Below are positions 51,636 through 62,027 of a DNA stretch of 64,000 nucleotides, in pieces. Position 1 is the stretch's first letter, and the number at the start of each line of letters is the position of its first letter. Origin of the DNA: Candidatus Gottesmanbacteria bacterium (GTDB lineage Bacteria > Patescibacteriota > Microgenomatia > UBA10105 > UBA927); the NCBI GenBank assembly GCA_963711735.1, contig CAVQFA010000003.1, positions 82,971 through 146,970 of the forward strand. The letters are read 5' to 3'. A program made the translations under genes and the position numbers. A model generated the notes under the pieces. That model saw nothing but the letters and a program-made list of their open reading frames with translations. It did no database searches and was not told the DNA's origin.

Positions 51636-51660
51636 GCCCCGCGTGAGCGGGGTTTTTGTT
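51636..51660 (+). terminator. Rho-independent terminator of groESL (GCCCCGC-GTGA-GCGGGGT + TTTTTGTT)
   Basis: Seen directly in the sequence. Confidence 0.7.
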
Positions 51661-51738
51661 GGTATAGTAATATAATTTCACAATAGAAAAAAGAGAAGAA
51701 TTTCTGTATTGTATGGTAGAATGGTTCAGGGAAACGCT

Positions 51739-53136
51739 ATGAATACCGGAAAGAATAATACATTAATTTCATACAATCCTTCAAACGGTTCAATTATTGG
51801 TAAAACTGTCTGTTCTACACCTGAAGACGTTCGTACGTCCGTGAACAAATCTAAACGCGCCTGGTCTTCGTGGAAAAAAACACCTTTTGCTAAACGGGCG
51901 TCGTATTGTAAAAAACTTATTGAACTTCTTAAAAGTAATAAAAATAAAATTGCACGGTTAACAAGCTTGGAAATGGGTAAGCCGTTTACGGAAGCGCTTG
52001 GCGATATCGATTGGGAATTGGATTTTATCTCGTACTATGCGGAAAATGCAGAAAAAATTCTCGGTGAAAAAATGATCCGAAAAGACAAGCGCGCGGTATA
52101 TAAAACACTGTATGAACCGTGGGGAGTGGTTGCCTCCATTGCCCCGTGGAATTTTCCGGTCTCGATGGCAAGCACTGGCATTACAGCGCCGCTCATGGCG
52201 GGTAATACTGTTATTTTTAAACCATCGGAATATACGACATTGACGCAAAAATTGTTCGTAGATCTTTTTAATCAAACCGGATTACCTGAGGGTGTGCTTC
52301 AGTGTGTGGTCGGAGACGGATCCGTTGGTAAAATGCTCATTGATAGTGACGTTAATTATGTCTGGTTTACAGGAAGCACTGCTGTGGGTCAGGAAATCTA
52401 TAAAAAATGCGCAGATAAGCTTATCCGGTGCACACTCGAACTTGGGGGTTCCAGTCCGGGAATTGTTTTTGCAGATTGTCCGCTCGAGACAACCATCGAA
52501 ACGGTATATACAGCGAGGTTTTATAACTGCGGTCAGGTATGCTCTGCAATAAAAAGGTTGTTTGTGGAAAAACCTGTTATGGATTCTGTCGTTGATAAGC
52601 TTGTACAGAAAGTGCAGTCAGCGGTTATTGGTGACCCTCTCGATTCCAAAACTACAATCGGACCGTTAGTAAGCAAAAAACAGTTGGACATCCTGGTTTC
52701 TCAGATAGAAGACGCGAGAAAAAAAGGTGCAAAAATAATTATCGGCGGTACGAAACCGGACGATAAAAAACTTACCGGTGGCAATTACTTTCTTCCGACA
52801 ATAATTACCAATGTCACAGAAAATATGAGGGTTTTCAAAGAAGAGGTGTTTGGACCCGTGTTGCCGGTTATGTCTTTCTCCTCAGAAAAAGAAGCCGTGC
52901 GTCTTGCTAACGATACAGAGTACGGACTGACTGCAGAAATATTTACGAGTGATGTGAAAAAAGGCAGACGGATTGCAGGAGATCTTGACGCTGGCGGAAT
53001 ATCTGTCAACGGCGATGTTATATATTCTCCGCACTGTCCAATCGGAGGATTTAAAAAAAGCGGAATAGGAAGAGAGTACGGTGAAGAAGGGTTTAAGGAA
53101 TTCGGTCAGCTGAAATATATCTGCGAGTATATATAA
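51739..53136 (+). CDS. NAD(P)-dependent aldehyde dehydrogenase
   Basis: FTGSTAVGQEI, ELGGSSPGIVF and the catalytic Cys in YNCGQVCSAIKRL. The track starts at TTG 51709; ATG 51739 was chosen. Confidence 0.85.
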   Translation: MNTGKNNTLISYNPSNGSIIGKTVCSTPEDVRTSVNKSKRAWSSWKKTPFAKRASYCKKLIELLKSNKNKIARLTSLEMGKPFTEALGDIDWELDFISYYAENAEKILGEKMIRKDKRAVYKTLYEPWGVVASIAPWNFPVSMASTGITAPLMAGNTVIFKPSEYTTLTQKLFVDLFNQTGLPEGVLQCVVGDGSVGKMLIDSDVNYVWFTGSTAVGQEIYKKCADKLIRCTLELGGSSPGIVFADCPLETTIETVYTARFYNCGQVCSAIKRLFVEKPVMDSVVDKLVQKVQSAVIGDPLDSKTTIGPLVSKKQLDILVSQIEDARKKGAKIIIGGTKPDDKKLTGGNYFLPTIITNVTENMRVFKEEVFGPVLPVMSFSSEKEAVRLANDTEYGLTAEIFTSDVKKGRRIAGDLDAGGISVNGDVIYSPHCPIGGFKKSGIGREYGEEGFKEFGQLKYICEYI

Positions 53137-53163
53137 AATACAGTAACTTTCCGATTTATCAAC

Positions 53164-53949
53164 ATGAATAAAATTATTTTCTTAGGTACAGGTGCGGCAT
53201 CGTCGCTCACACGGCAACTCACGTCTATTCTCTTTGTAACGGACAGAAAGAATTTCCTCATAGATTGCGGTGACGGGATGGGAACCGTGAGGAATCTCGT
53301 CAAATCCGGTGTTGCACTTGAAAGCGTCACTGACGTGTTTATCACCCACCGCCACGCCGATCATATGCTTGGCATGCCGCACTTTCTCCTTACGCAGATG
53401 ATCGGAAACGACAAAACAAAGGTCCGCGTTTTTGGCCCCAAACAGGCCCTTGATGTTGTCCGTCTTGTGTCTTTTAAAACCCATGATTATTTAAAAAAAC
53501 ACGCATCACGCATAGCCTTCGTTTCCATGAAACCAAATGTATCCGTCAGGCTTGCACCGGGACTTACCGTAACGGGTACAAAAGTGGCAGGACCCAAGGG
53601 AGGCGCTATTATCACCTATGCGTATAAAATCACTGTTGACGGAAAAACGGTTGTGTTTTCAAGCGACATGCACCCGAATGCATTGTTTGATAAACTCGCA
53701 AAAAATACGGACGTCATGATACACGAATGTTTTGGTCCTGAAAAAGACCGCGAACAGTCGGGGCTATTCGGTCACAGCACTGCCCGTGAGGCTGGGGAAG
53801 CGGCTATGCGCGCAAAGGTAAAAAAACTGATTCTCACTCATATTCGCGATGAGAAAGTTGTGTCGGTGAAATCAATGGTGACGGAGGCGCGGAGATACTT
53901 TAACGGATTTGTCATTCCTGCAGAAGATCTGCTCGCTGTGGAATTTTAG
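53164..53949 (+). CDS. MBL-fold metallo-hydrolase (RNase Z/beta-lactamase-like)
   Basis: 261 aa with ITHRHADHMLG (the HxHxDH motif). Confidence 0.7.
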   Translation: MNKIIFLGTGAASSLTRQLTSILFVTDRKNFLIDCGDGMGTVRNLVKSGVALESVTDVFITHRHADHMLGMPHFLLTQMIGNDKTKVRVFGPKQALDVVRLVSFKTHDYLKKHASRIAFVSMKPNVSVRLAPGLTVTGTKVAGPKGGAIITYAYKITVDGKTVVFSSDMHPNALFDKLAKNTDVMIHECFGPEKDREQSGLFGHSTAREAGEAAMRAKVKKLILTHIRDEKVVSVKSMVTEARRYFNGFVIPAEDLLAVEF

Positions 53950-53973
53950 ATTACGGTGTTTCCTCATGAATCC

Positions 53974-54567
53974 TTAAACCCCGATGTTCTTTTCGTGGTG
54001 GTGTCTCACAAATGCAATCTGTCCTTCCCGGAATCCTATGGATAATAGTCTGTCCTGGATCTGTTTTTTGGTTAGTCCGTCCTTTACAAACCTCCGGATA
54101 AGAAATGTGATCATTTCTGTTGGTTCGTAGGGAAATAATATCCATTTATCCGTTTGTTGCGCAAAGTAATCCGGGCGGATTTTGGATAATGGTTTATGAA
54201 ACATGGCAACGGTGGTTATTTCAGCGGGTTTAAACCTCCGTAGGTATGAAAGGGCACGTTTAAATGTCTTTCCGGAGTCGGCTACATCATCAACCAGAAG
54301 CACGCGTTTTCCGTTGATAGGTTTTCGGAGTGTTTGTGTTATGTGTATTTCACCGCTTTTCTGAATATCCGTATAACTCTGTATGGCAAACGTGGAAACA
54401 GGCAGTCGCAACAGGTCGCTTAACAGATGCCCGAGCGTGAGTCCTCCGCGGGCAATAGCGACAATTTCATCATATGGCTCTGAATGGTGGAGGATTGCAG
54501 CAGCAAGTTTTTGGGTTAAAATATGGTAGTCTGCCCATGAGAGATAGAGGTATTCAGGATCACTCAT
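53974..54567 (-). CDS. Purine phosphoribosyltransferase (hypoxanthine/xanthine-guanine PRT type)
   Basis: 197 aa with the PRPP-binding motif VLLVDDVADSGKT. Confidence 0.75.
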   Translation of the reverse strand: MSDPEYLYLSWADYHILTQKLAAAILHHSEPYDEIVAIARGGLTLGHLLSDLLRLPVSTFAIQSYTDIQKSGEIHITQTLRKPINGKRVLLVDDVADSGKTFKRALSYLRRFKPAEITTVAMFHKPLSKIRPDYFAQQTDKWILFPYEPTEMITFLIRRFVKDGLTKKQIQDRLLSIGFREGQIAFVRHHHEKNIGV

Positions 54568-54595
54568 GCCTAAGTATGACTCACGATATTGATTC

Positions 54596-55240
54596 GTGTC
54601 AAGAAGTCTCTATAATACGTCTATGGACGGCGTTCAAACAAACAAACCTTTGAAATATTCATCAATCGCTATTTCCGGTCGTCCCGGCGCAGGCCGCTCG
54701 ACGCTTCTCAATAACCTTAAACCCATTATAGTACCCCTCGGGTGGGAAACATTTTCCGGCGGAGACTGGTCACGTCAGTTTTCCATACAGATGGGTAAAC
54801 ATGACCCGAAAGATGCCAAACACCACCTTGCGACGGATTACGGGGAAGATATAGATCACCAGATAGATCTTGCACTCCGGGAAAAATTGGCAAACCCAAA
54901 AACCCACGTTGCCGTCGAATCCTGGATAGCGGGTTGGAATATGAGGGGATTTAAACATGTTCTCAAAATACTTCTCATGTGCGATGATGCGCTTCGAATA
55001 GACCGGATAGTCAACAGGGATAATCTGTCCGTGAATGAGGCCAAGAAGCACATACGCGACAGGGAAGAAGCCAATCTCACCAAATGGAGCAAAATGTACC
55101 ACGTGCCCAAAAAGGATTTTTGGGATCCGAAACATTATGATCTTGTCCTTAACACTTACTCCCACGGGCCGCAGGAAACCCTTGGCGTGGTTCTGCAGGC
55201 GCTCGGCTACTATACGGCAAACGGACAGAGGCCGGGGTGA
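54596..55240 (+). CDS. P-loop nucleoside monophosphate kinase-like protein (cytidylate kinase-like family)
   Basis: 214 aa with the Walker A motif IAISGRPGAGRSTL. Confidence 0.55.
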   Translation: MSRSLYNTSMDGVQTNKPLKYSSIAISGRPGAGRSTLLNNLKPIIVPLGWETFSGGDWSRQFSIQMGKHDPKDAKHHLATDYGEDIDHQIDLALREKLANPKTHVAVESWIAGWNMRGFKHVLKILLMCDDALRIDRIVNRDNLSVNEAKKHIRDREEANLTKWSKMYHVPKKDFWDPKHYDLVLNTYSHGPQETLGVVLQALGYYTANGQRPG

Positions 55241-55243
55241 AAA

Positions 55244-55909
55244 TTGCGTATACGTATGACAGTTGCTAAGCGTCATATTATCGCGGGTATTGTTTCAGTA
55301 TTAAAGAAGCGGTATTCGGGTGAATCCTCCGGACATGACTGGCTGCATCTGGAAAGAGTGTGGAAAACGGCAATACGGCTTTCCGAAAATGAGAAGGTCG
55401 ATATGTTTGTTGTCGAAGTTGCGGCTCTTCTTCATGATGTTGATGATTATAAATTCGCAAAAGCAGGGGACGGTCCTCTTACACACACAAAAGAAATTCT
55501 CGGCGTGTACCCCATAGATACCCGGACAAAAAAACACATTTATACCATTGTTTCTCATGTGTCTTTTAAGGGTGGCAATGAGGATGATGTCCAAAAAACA
55601 CGTGAGGGGCAGGTTGTACAGGACGCCGACAGACTTGATGTTCTGGGTGCAATCGGTATTGCGCGTATATTTGCCTACGGCGGATCACGCGGACACCCGA
55701 TATATGATCCAAACATTAAGCCGAGAAAAAATATGACGTTCAAAGAGTACCGGAAGGATAGTCCGTCCATCAATCACATGTATGAAAAACTTTTGCTTCT
55801 GAAAGACAGAATGAACACGCCGCAGGCCAAACTCATCGCATCATTCCGCCATACGTACATCGTTGAGTTTCTACGGGAGTTCTGGGCGGAAGTGAAAGGA
55901 GACAGGTGA
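55244..55909 (+). CDS. HD-domain phosphohydrolase
   Basis: 221 aa with H ... LHDVDD ... DADRLD. Confidence 0.7.
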   Translation: MRIRMTVAKRHIIAGIVSVLKKRYSGESSGHDWLHLERVWKTAIRLSENEKVDMFVVEVAALLHDVDDYKFAKAGDGPLTHTKEILGVYPIDTRTKKHIYTIVSHVSFKGGNEDDVQKTREGQVVQDADRLDVLGAIGIARIFAYGGSRGHPIYDPNIKPRKNMTFKEYRKDSPSINHMYEKLLLLKDRMNTPQAKLIASFRHTYIVEFLREFWAEVKGDR

Positions 55910-55916
55910 TACATAT

Positions 55917-56504
55917 ATGATTCCGACGGAAAAACACAGTAAGGTATTGTGGCAAAAGTATCACCTTCCGGAAATGAAACAGGCCCACTCTGCACTTGTC
56001 GCGCGTGTCGCGGTGTGTCTGGCAAAAACGATCATGCGTCATGATTCCCGTCTTATGATTGATAATAATCTGCTTGTTGCCGGCGCACTTCTCCATGATA
56101 TTGATAAAAACATACCCGGATTGCCCGGGGAGCATCATCCGGATGCGGGGGTGCGCGTGTTGCGTGAAACGGGAATGGATGAGGTTGCGGAGGTTATCCG
56201 CACACACCCGCTTCACATGATTTTGGATCCTCTGAATGGTCCGGTTAGCTGGGAGCAAAAACTTCTGTATCTTGCTGATAAAATGGTGAAATATGAGGTG
56301 ATCGGCGTAGATGCCCGTTTTGCGTTGTGGAGAAAAGAAGCACTTCCACCTGAAGCAATTGTTATACTTGACCGGTCGTACCCTCTTGTTAAAAAACTTG
56401 AAGAGAATGTTTGCGCGGTTATCGGTATTCCGGCAACCACACTTGCACAATATTGCCGCAGGAGTATACTTGAAGCGGAAAATATGAAGGAGGACAAAAT
56501 ATGA
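55917..56504 (+). CDS. HD-domain protein (second, tandem)
   Basis: 195 aa with LLHDIDK. Its stop overlaps the next ORF. Confidence 0.6.
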   Translation: MIPTEKHSKVLWQKYHLPEMKQAHSALVARVAVCLAKTIMRHDSRLMIDNNLLVAGALLHDIDKNIPGLPGEHHPDAGVRVLRETGMDEVAEVIRTHPLHMILDPLNGPVSWEQKLLYLADKMVKYEVIGVDARFALWRKEALPPEAIVILDRSYPLVKKLEENVCAVIGIPATTLAQYCRRSILEAENMKEDKI

Positions 56505-57115
56505 AACAAATAGTCATGGTTTTGGCAATCGTATTTCTTTGTGTGAGCGCAGTAAGCGCAGCCAATGCAGCACCGGCGGGAGTGAGCCCGGGAAAAAGCG
56601 CTGTTGTAAAAAAGGAATCCGTAAATCTTACCCCAACACCGGTTACGGAAACACCCGGCGTTGAAGAAAAGAAGGAAGTTGTCGATTATACACTTCCGTA
56701 CCCGGGGATTTTGACGGATCATCCTCTCTACTTTCTCAAAAATCTCCGCGATCAGATTATGGAACGCCTTATCAGTGATCCTTCCAAGAAAGCTGAGTTT
56801 GCTATACTCCAGTCAGATAAGTTTCTCGCTATGGCAATGCGTTTCATAGATCAGGGCAAGTGGCAGGGCGCTAATCAGACACTCGAGTCAGCGGAGCGCT
56901 TTATGGAAAAAGCAGCTGCAGTAGTCGGGTCTGCAACGGGAAATACTATTCCCAATCACATATATGAACAACTTCGTCTCTCATCTCTCAAGCACGAAGA
57001 GGTTCTTGAAAATATCATGACAAACGCCCCTGTCGGAGAAAAGGCGGCTACAGAGAAACGCTTGCAAACAGGCAGGGACATGGTGAAGCGCGTGGGTTCT
57101 CTGAACAAACAATAG
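56501..57115 (+). CDS. Secreted hypothetical protein (DUF5667-like)
   Basis: 204 aa with a signal peptide, then YTLPYPGILTDHPLYFLK. The family call is from memory. Confidence 0.45.
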   Translation: MKQIVMVLAIVFLCVSAVSAANAAPAGVSPGKSAVVKKESVNLTPTPVTETPGVEEKKEVVDYTLPYPGILTDHPLYFLKNLRDQIMERLISDPSKKAEFAILQSDKFLAMAMRFIDQGKWQGANQTLESAERFMEKAAAVVGSATGNTIPNHIYEQLRLSSLKHEEVLENIMTNAPVGEKAATEKRLQTGRDMVKRVGSLNKQ

Positions 57116-57366
57116 CATTTAGATCACTAAAATAATCCTTATTGGGTATTATTGAACAATTTTCTTTTTACCACGTCGGGTACCTTCGTCCCCCTATAGG
57201 GTGTGATATAGATAATCTCCGAAGAATTTCCTCGGACTTTTCCTGTTGTGGCTAAAGAAGAAAATTGACCTTGTTTGATCCGGAAGTTGCCAGTTGACCT
57301 TGGTCCATTTAGTGTCATAGGATTGTTAGTGGCACCACCCATAGCGTAAATATTTTCACATTATCC

Positions 57367-57813
57367 ATGAAATGTCCGTACTGTACAAATGAAACCACAG
57401 AGGTTATAGAGACGCGGGAAAGCGAAGATTTAGCGGTAACCAGAAGGAGAAGAGGCTGTCCGAAGTGTGAAAAAAGGTTTACAACATACGAACGGATTGA
57501 GTCTGTGCCCATTACGGTTATAAAGAAAGACGGAAGGCGTGAGACGTTTGACAGGGACAAGCTGACCCGCGGCATCTGGAGAGCGAGCGGAAAAACCGCC
57601 GTACGACAGGAAGATGTAGACAGGATTGTTAACGAGGTCGAGCGGGAACTTATTTCAGGAGAAACGACGGAGGTAGTCAGCAAAAAAATCGGTGAGCTGG
57701 TCGCGCGGAGGCTGAAAAAAATTGATAAAATCGCGTACATCCGGTTTGCAAGTGTTTTCAGGCGTTTTGTAGACATAGAAGATTTTGAAAAGGAAGTGCA
57801 GAAATTGTTATAA
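57367..57813 (+). CDS. nrdR: Transcriptional repressor NrdR
   Basis: 148 aa with the zinc ribbon MKCPYCTNETTEVIETRESEDLAVTRRRRGCPKCEKRFTTYE followed by an ATP cone. Confidence 0.9.
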   Translation: MKCPYCTNETTEVIETRESEDLAVTRRRRGCPKCEKRFTTYERIESVPITVIKKDGRRETFDRDKLTRGIWRASGKTAVRQEDVDRIVNEVERELISGETTEVVSKKIGELVARRLKKIDKIAYIRFASVFRRFVDIEDFEKEVQKLL

Positions 57814-57823
57814 ATGACACTCT

Positions 57824-60307
57824 ATGGAACCATTGACGGGCATCAGAAATACCGTATTTATCGACCGCTACGCGCTCAAAAACGAGGAAGGCGTTCCGAT
57901 TGAAAAAAATCCACAGGAAATGTGGAGGAGAATAGCCGGAGCAATAGCCAAGGTTGAACCAAAAGCAACGAGGATGGAGTGGGAAGAAAAATTCTATGGC
58001 GCCATGACCGACTTTAAGCTGATTCCCGGCGGACGGATCCTCTCAGGTGCAGGCACCGGCTACCATGTAACGTTTTACAACTGTTTCGTCATCCCGAGCC
58101 CTCATGATTCGCGCCAGGGCATACTCAAATCACTTTCCCAAATGGTAGAAATTATGTCCCGCGGCGGTGGCGTGGGAATAAACCTATCGAGCCTCCGGCC
58201 CCGCGGATCGCGCGTCCAGAAAGTTAACGGATTTTCTTCCGGTCCCTGCAACTGGGCAGAGCTTTTCAGTGTCGCAACAAAAGATATCATTCAGCAGGGT
58301 GGTTCCAGGAGAGGCGCTCTCATGCTTATGCTCTGGGACTGGCATCCGGACATCGAGGAATTCATAACCGTAAAGGAAGATTTATCCCGTATAAACGGCG
58401 CAAATCTTTCCGTTTGCGTCTCCGACTCGTTTATGGAGGCGGTGAAAAATGACGCTGATTGGGATTTGGTGTTTCCTGATAAAAATGATCCTGACTACGA
58501 TACTAAGTGGGACGGGTACCTTCCCAACTGGATAGCGCTTGGTAAAAAACCGGTTGTCCAAAGGACCCTGAAGGCCCGCGCCCTTTGGGATCTCATCGCA
58601 ACAGCCGCATGGAAAAGCGCGGAACCCGGCGTTGTATTTATGGAACGGTACAATAAGTGGTTCAACAACAATTACTTCGAATATATAAACTGTGTCAATC
58701 CGTGTGGCGAAGAAGGGCTCCCGAATTGGGGAGTGTGCAATCTTTGTTCCATTAACCTCGCATCCCTTGTGGACGCTTCCGGCATCATGGACTATGCGGC
58801 GCTTGCGGAAATCGCACGCGTCGGTGTGCGGTTTCAGGATGACGTCATTGACAGCGACTACTATGTCTTTGAGGAGATAAAGAAAGTGCAGCTGAAAGGA
58901 GAACGGAGAATCGGGCTTGGTACCATGGGCTTGGGTGATGCACTTATAAAAATGAAACTCCGGTACGGTTCCCAGGAGAGCATCTCCGTCATTGATAAAA
59001 TATACTCAACCATTCGTGACGCAGCATACGATGCGTCTGTTGAAATAGCACGCGAAAAAGGGCCGTTTCCCAAAATTGTGAAGAAAAAGCATGTGGAAGG
59101 GTACTTCGTGAGCCGTCTTCCTGAAGAAATCAAAAAGAAAATGAAAAAGTACGGTGTGAGAAACAGCCTCATCCTCCAGCAGGCGCCTACAGGATCCACA
59201 TCGCTTATGGCGGGTGTGTCGTCAGGCATTGAGCCCGTTTATGAATTTGAGTTTATCCGCCGGGACCGCCTCGGTGAGAACATTCTCAGGCATCCTCTGT
59301 ACGACGCGTGGTTTCAGGAGTTCAAACTTACCCAGGGCCGTGAACCGACTAAGGCAGACAGGCCGGCGTGGTTTGTCTCTGCCAATGATTTATCTCCTGA
59401 AGATCATGTGCGCGTGCAGGCAACGATCCAACAGTATGTGGACGCGTCAATCTCCAAAACCGTCAACGCACCGAATACCCACACTGTGGAGGATGTAAAA
59501 AGGCTTTACACGCTCGCGTACGATTTGGGGTGCAAGGGTATTGCGTACATGCGTGAAGGCAGCAGACAGGGGGTATTAACGCGCGTTGAACAGGATAAGA
59601 AAGAAAAAGATGCAGCAAAGGCAGACGAGGTGAAAGTCGGAACACAGTATGTACCGGAAATCAAACCCCGCCCGGCGGTCGTCCACGGATCCACCTATCA
59701 GGTAGAAACGCCTGTCGGACAGGCATATGTGACGATCAACACAAACGGCGGCAGACAGCCGCTTGAAATGTTCATTAATGTGGGCAAAGCCGGATCGGAT
59801 GTGACAGCCATGGCTGAGGCGGTCGGACGTTTGATTTCTCTATTGTTCCGGCTTGCATCACCGGTAAGTCCGATGGAACGGGCACACAGAATAGCGGCAG
59901 AGCTCATAGGGATAGGCGGAGCGCGGTCTTTGGGATTCGGGGAAAACCGCGTACGGAGTCTTCCTGATGCGGTTGCAAAAGTCATAGACAGGCATTTCGG
60001 ATTTTTTACCAAGCATCGTCTCATGGATTCACCGTCGGCTGCCAAAACCGACAGTATTGTTGCGACAAACGGGAACGGAAATGGGAATGGCAACGGTTCA
60101 TCAGAAATCCACCAAACAGCAACTGCTGTTGCTGCAGATACCCGGATAGAGGATCACGAACAGGCACCGGACCCGGCCTCATACCAGGCTGCGGTTGCCC
60201 AGACACGCATGGTGACGGTTGATCTTTGTCCCTCCTGTGGAGAAGGAAGCCTCGTATTTGAGGAGTCCTGCAAAAAGTGCTACTCCTGCGGATATTCAGA
60301 ATGCTGA
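57824..60307 (+). CDS. nrdJ: Adenosylcobalamin-dependent ribonucleoside reductase, class II, with a C-terminal zinc ribbon
   Basis: 827 aa. The active-site region reads NPCGEEGLPNWGVCNLCSINLASL. The C-terminus reads CPSCGEG ... CKKCYSCGY. An internal NGNGNGNGNG linker is present. Confidence 0.85.
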   Translation: MEPLTGIRNTVFIDRYALKNEEGVPIEKNPQEMWRRIAGAIAKVEPKATRMEWEEKFYGAMTDFKLIPGGRILSGAGTGYHVTFYNCFVIPSPHDSRQGILKSLSQMVEIMSRGGGVGINLSSLRPRGSRVQKVNGFSSGPCNWAELFSVATKDIIQQGGSRRGALMLMLWDWHPDIEEFITVKEDLSRINGANLSVCVSDSFMEAVKNDADWDLVFPDKNDPDYDTKWDGYLPNWIALGKKPVVQRTLKARALWDLIATAAWKSAEPGVVFMERYNKWFNNNYFEYINCVNPCGEEGLPNWGVCNLCSINLASLVDASGIMDYAALAEIARVGVRFQDDVIDSDYYVFEEIKKVQLKGERRIGLGTMGLGDALIKMKLRYGSQESISVIDKIYSTIRDAAYDASVEIAREKGPFPKIVKKKHVEGYFVSRLPEEIKKKMKKYGVRNSLILQQAPTGSTSLMAGVSSGIEPVYEFEFIRRDRLGENILRHPLYDAWFQEFKLTQGREPTKADRPAWFVSANDLSPEDHVRVQATIQQYVDASISKTVNAPNTHTVEDVKRLYTLAYDLGCKGIAYMREGSRQGVLTRVEQDKKEKDAAKADEVKVGTQYVPEIKPRPAVVHGSTYQVETPVGQAYVTINTNGGRQPLEMFINVGKAGSDVTAMAEAVGRLISLLFRLASPVSPMERAHRIAAELIGIGGARSLGFGENRVRSLPDAVAKVIDRHFGFFTKHRLMDSPSAAKTDSIVATNGNGNGNGNGSSEIHQTATAVAADTRIEDHEQAPDPASYQAAVAQTRMVTVDLCPSCGEGSLVFEESCKKCYSCGYSEC

Positions 60308-60316
60308 AGTTCCCTT

Positions 60317-60862
60317 ATGAAAATCTATACCAGAACCGGCGACGACGGAACGACGTCTCTCTTTGGAGGAAAGCGTACCCGGAAAGATGACCCGCGCGTA
60401 GAGGCATACGGATCCATTGATGAGTTAAACAGTGCCGTCGGATTTCTGATATCAGAGTGTAAAACAGACTCCGTTATACGCGCTCTCACTGACGTGCAGC
60501 AAACCCTCATGAGTATCGCCGGATTTCTTGCGGGAAGTCCGCTTGATACGAAATTCCTTGATCATAAAGTGACGGATATGGAACACCTCATAGACGAATT
60601 TAGCACCGGTGTCCCCAAGATTACCAATTTCATATTACCCGGCGGTTCACCTTGTGGCGCGTGGGCGCACGTAGCCAGAACCGTATGCAGGAGGGCAGAA
60701 CGGACAATTGTCCGGACAAGCAAAGAAAAACCGGTGAATTTGGGTTTCAGTCAAATACTCACGTATATAAACCGTCTTTCTGACCTCCTATTTGTTATTG
60801 CGCGCACAGAAAATTATGCACGCGGAATTAATGAGCAGGTATGGTCGGGACAAAAAAAATAG
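60317..60862 (+). CDS. ATP:cob(I)alamin adenosyltransferase, PduO type
   Basis: 181 aa beginning MKIYTRTGDDGTTSLFGGKRTRKDDPRVEAYGSIDELNS. Confidence 0.9.
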   Translation: MKIYTRTGDDGTTSLFGGKRTRKDDPRVEAYGSIDELNSAVGFLISECKTDSVIRALTDVQQTLMSIAGFLAGSPLDTKFLDHKVTDMEHLIDEFSTGVPKITNFILPGGSPCGAWAHVARTVCRRAERTIVRTSKEKPVNLGFSQILTYINRLSDLLFVIARTENYARGINEQVWSGQKK

Positions 60863-60907
60863 ATCCGGATGGAAATTACCGTATAAATTTGATACTATAA
60901 CATCCTT

Positions 60908-61330
60908 ATGAAACGCGTTGTTTTTATCATCCTTGCATGTATCGCCGCTCTTATTCTTTTCGGAAAAGTTATTCCGCGAAACGCAGTTACTCCACAAAAA
61001 GTCTCTCAGGTTGCGTCACCCAAAGCGCTGCCGCAAACAACCGGGACGCTTGTTCTCAACGACGGACAGACAATTGCGACGTATTCTGGGATAGCTGCAA
61101 AAAACGCGTTCGAACTTCTCACGATAGTCGGAGAAAAAAATAATATTCCTGTTGTCACAAAACAGTATGACTTTGGTGTTTTTGTAGAAGAGGTCAGGGG
61201 AAAAAAGTCAGGTGCCGACATGTCGTGGATATATTTTGTGAACGGCAAGTCGGGGACGGTGGCGGCAGACAAATATGAACTGAAAAACGGAGACGTGGTA
61301 GAGTGGAAGTATACCAAACCGATATATTAA
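60908..61330 (+). CDS. DUF4430-like secreted/surface protein (BtuG-like putative cobalamin-binding)
   Basis: 140 aa with a signal peptide; ...FELLTIVGEKNNIPVVTKQYDFGVFVEEV ... WIYFVNG ... YELKNGDVVEWKY fits the DUF4430 fold pattern. Confidence 0.5.
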   Translation: MKRVVFIILACIAALILFGKVIPRNAVTPQKVSQVASPKALPQTTGTLVLNDGQTIATYSGIAAKNAFELLTIVGEKNNIPVVTKQYDFGVFVEEVRGKKSGADMSWIYFVNGKSGTVAADKYELKNGDVVEWKYTKPIY

Positions 61331-61387
61331 TGACTGCCTGACAATTTTATTTCGTATCTCGTATATCGTATTTCAATAAATAACAAT

Positions 61388-61897
61388 ATGGACATTATTA
61401 TTTTTATCGCAATCGGTATTGTCGCGAGACTTGTCCCTCATGTGCCGAATATGACGCCTGTTGGTGCTTTGGCCATCACCTCCGGCGCCAAACTTGGATT
61501 GAAAAAAGCGCTTATCGTTACTCTTTCAATTATGCTCTTCACGGACCTTCTCATCGGGCTTCACCCTGTTATGTGGGCTACATACGGCAGTTTATTCCTT
61601 GCTGTCATCCTCGGACGGGTGATTACTAAAAAACAAACACTCATACGCATTGGTGCGGCTACGCTTACCTCAGCGCTTCTTTTTTTCATTATCACAAATT
61701 TTGCCGTGTGGATTGCCCCTTTATCCATGTACCCCAAAACGCTTGCAGGGTTCATTGAATGTTACGTGATGGCTCTGCCGTTTTTCCGTAACTCACTCAT
61801 GGGAGACGTGTTTTACACGACGGTGTTTTTCGCCGGATATGAAATGGTGGGCGTTCTTTCCAGGCGCGTGTTTGCAAAAATCCCCCTTCGCAGGTAA
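61388..61897 (+). CDS. Small 5-6 TM membrane protein, possible ECF-type S component (cobalamin uptake?)
   Basis: 169 aa; size and topology match an ECF S component. Context follows the B12 genes. The functional call is inference. Confidence 0.35.
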   Translation: MDIIIFIAIGIVARLVPHVPNMTPVGALAITSGAKLGLKKALIVTLSIMLFTDLLIGLHPVMWATYGSLFLAVILGRVITKKQTLIRIGAATLTSALLFFIITNFAVWIAPLSMYPKTLAGFIECYVMALPFFRNSLMGDVFYTTVFFAGYEMVGVLSRRVFAKIPLRR

Positions 61898-62027
61898 ACG
61901 TCATTATTTTTTCTCTTTCCTATCACTGACGCGGGTGCTTTCGTGATAAAATGATACGTATGCCCGGATAGGGATTATTGCTTATACCGGTATTATCAAC
62001 CCATATTCCCGGACATAATTTGTTTCT

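Noticed and set aside
57116-57366. Expected cobalamin riboswitch in the 250-nt leader of nrdR-nrdJ
   Set aside because: No B12 box (GCCACTG) or recognisable cobalamin-riboswitch core was found by eye. The track ORF 57139-57342 (minus) there is also unconvincing.
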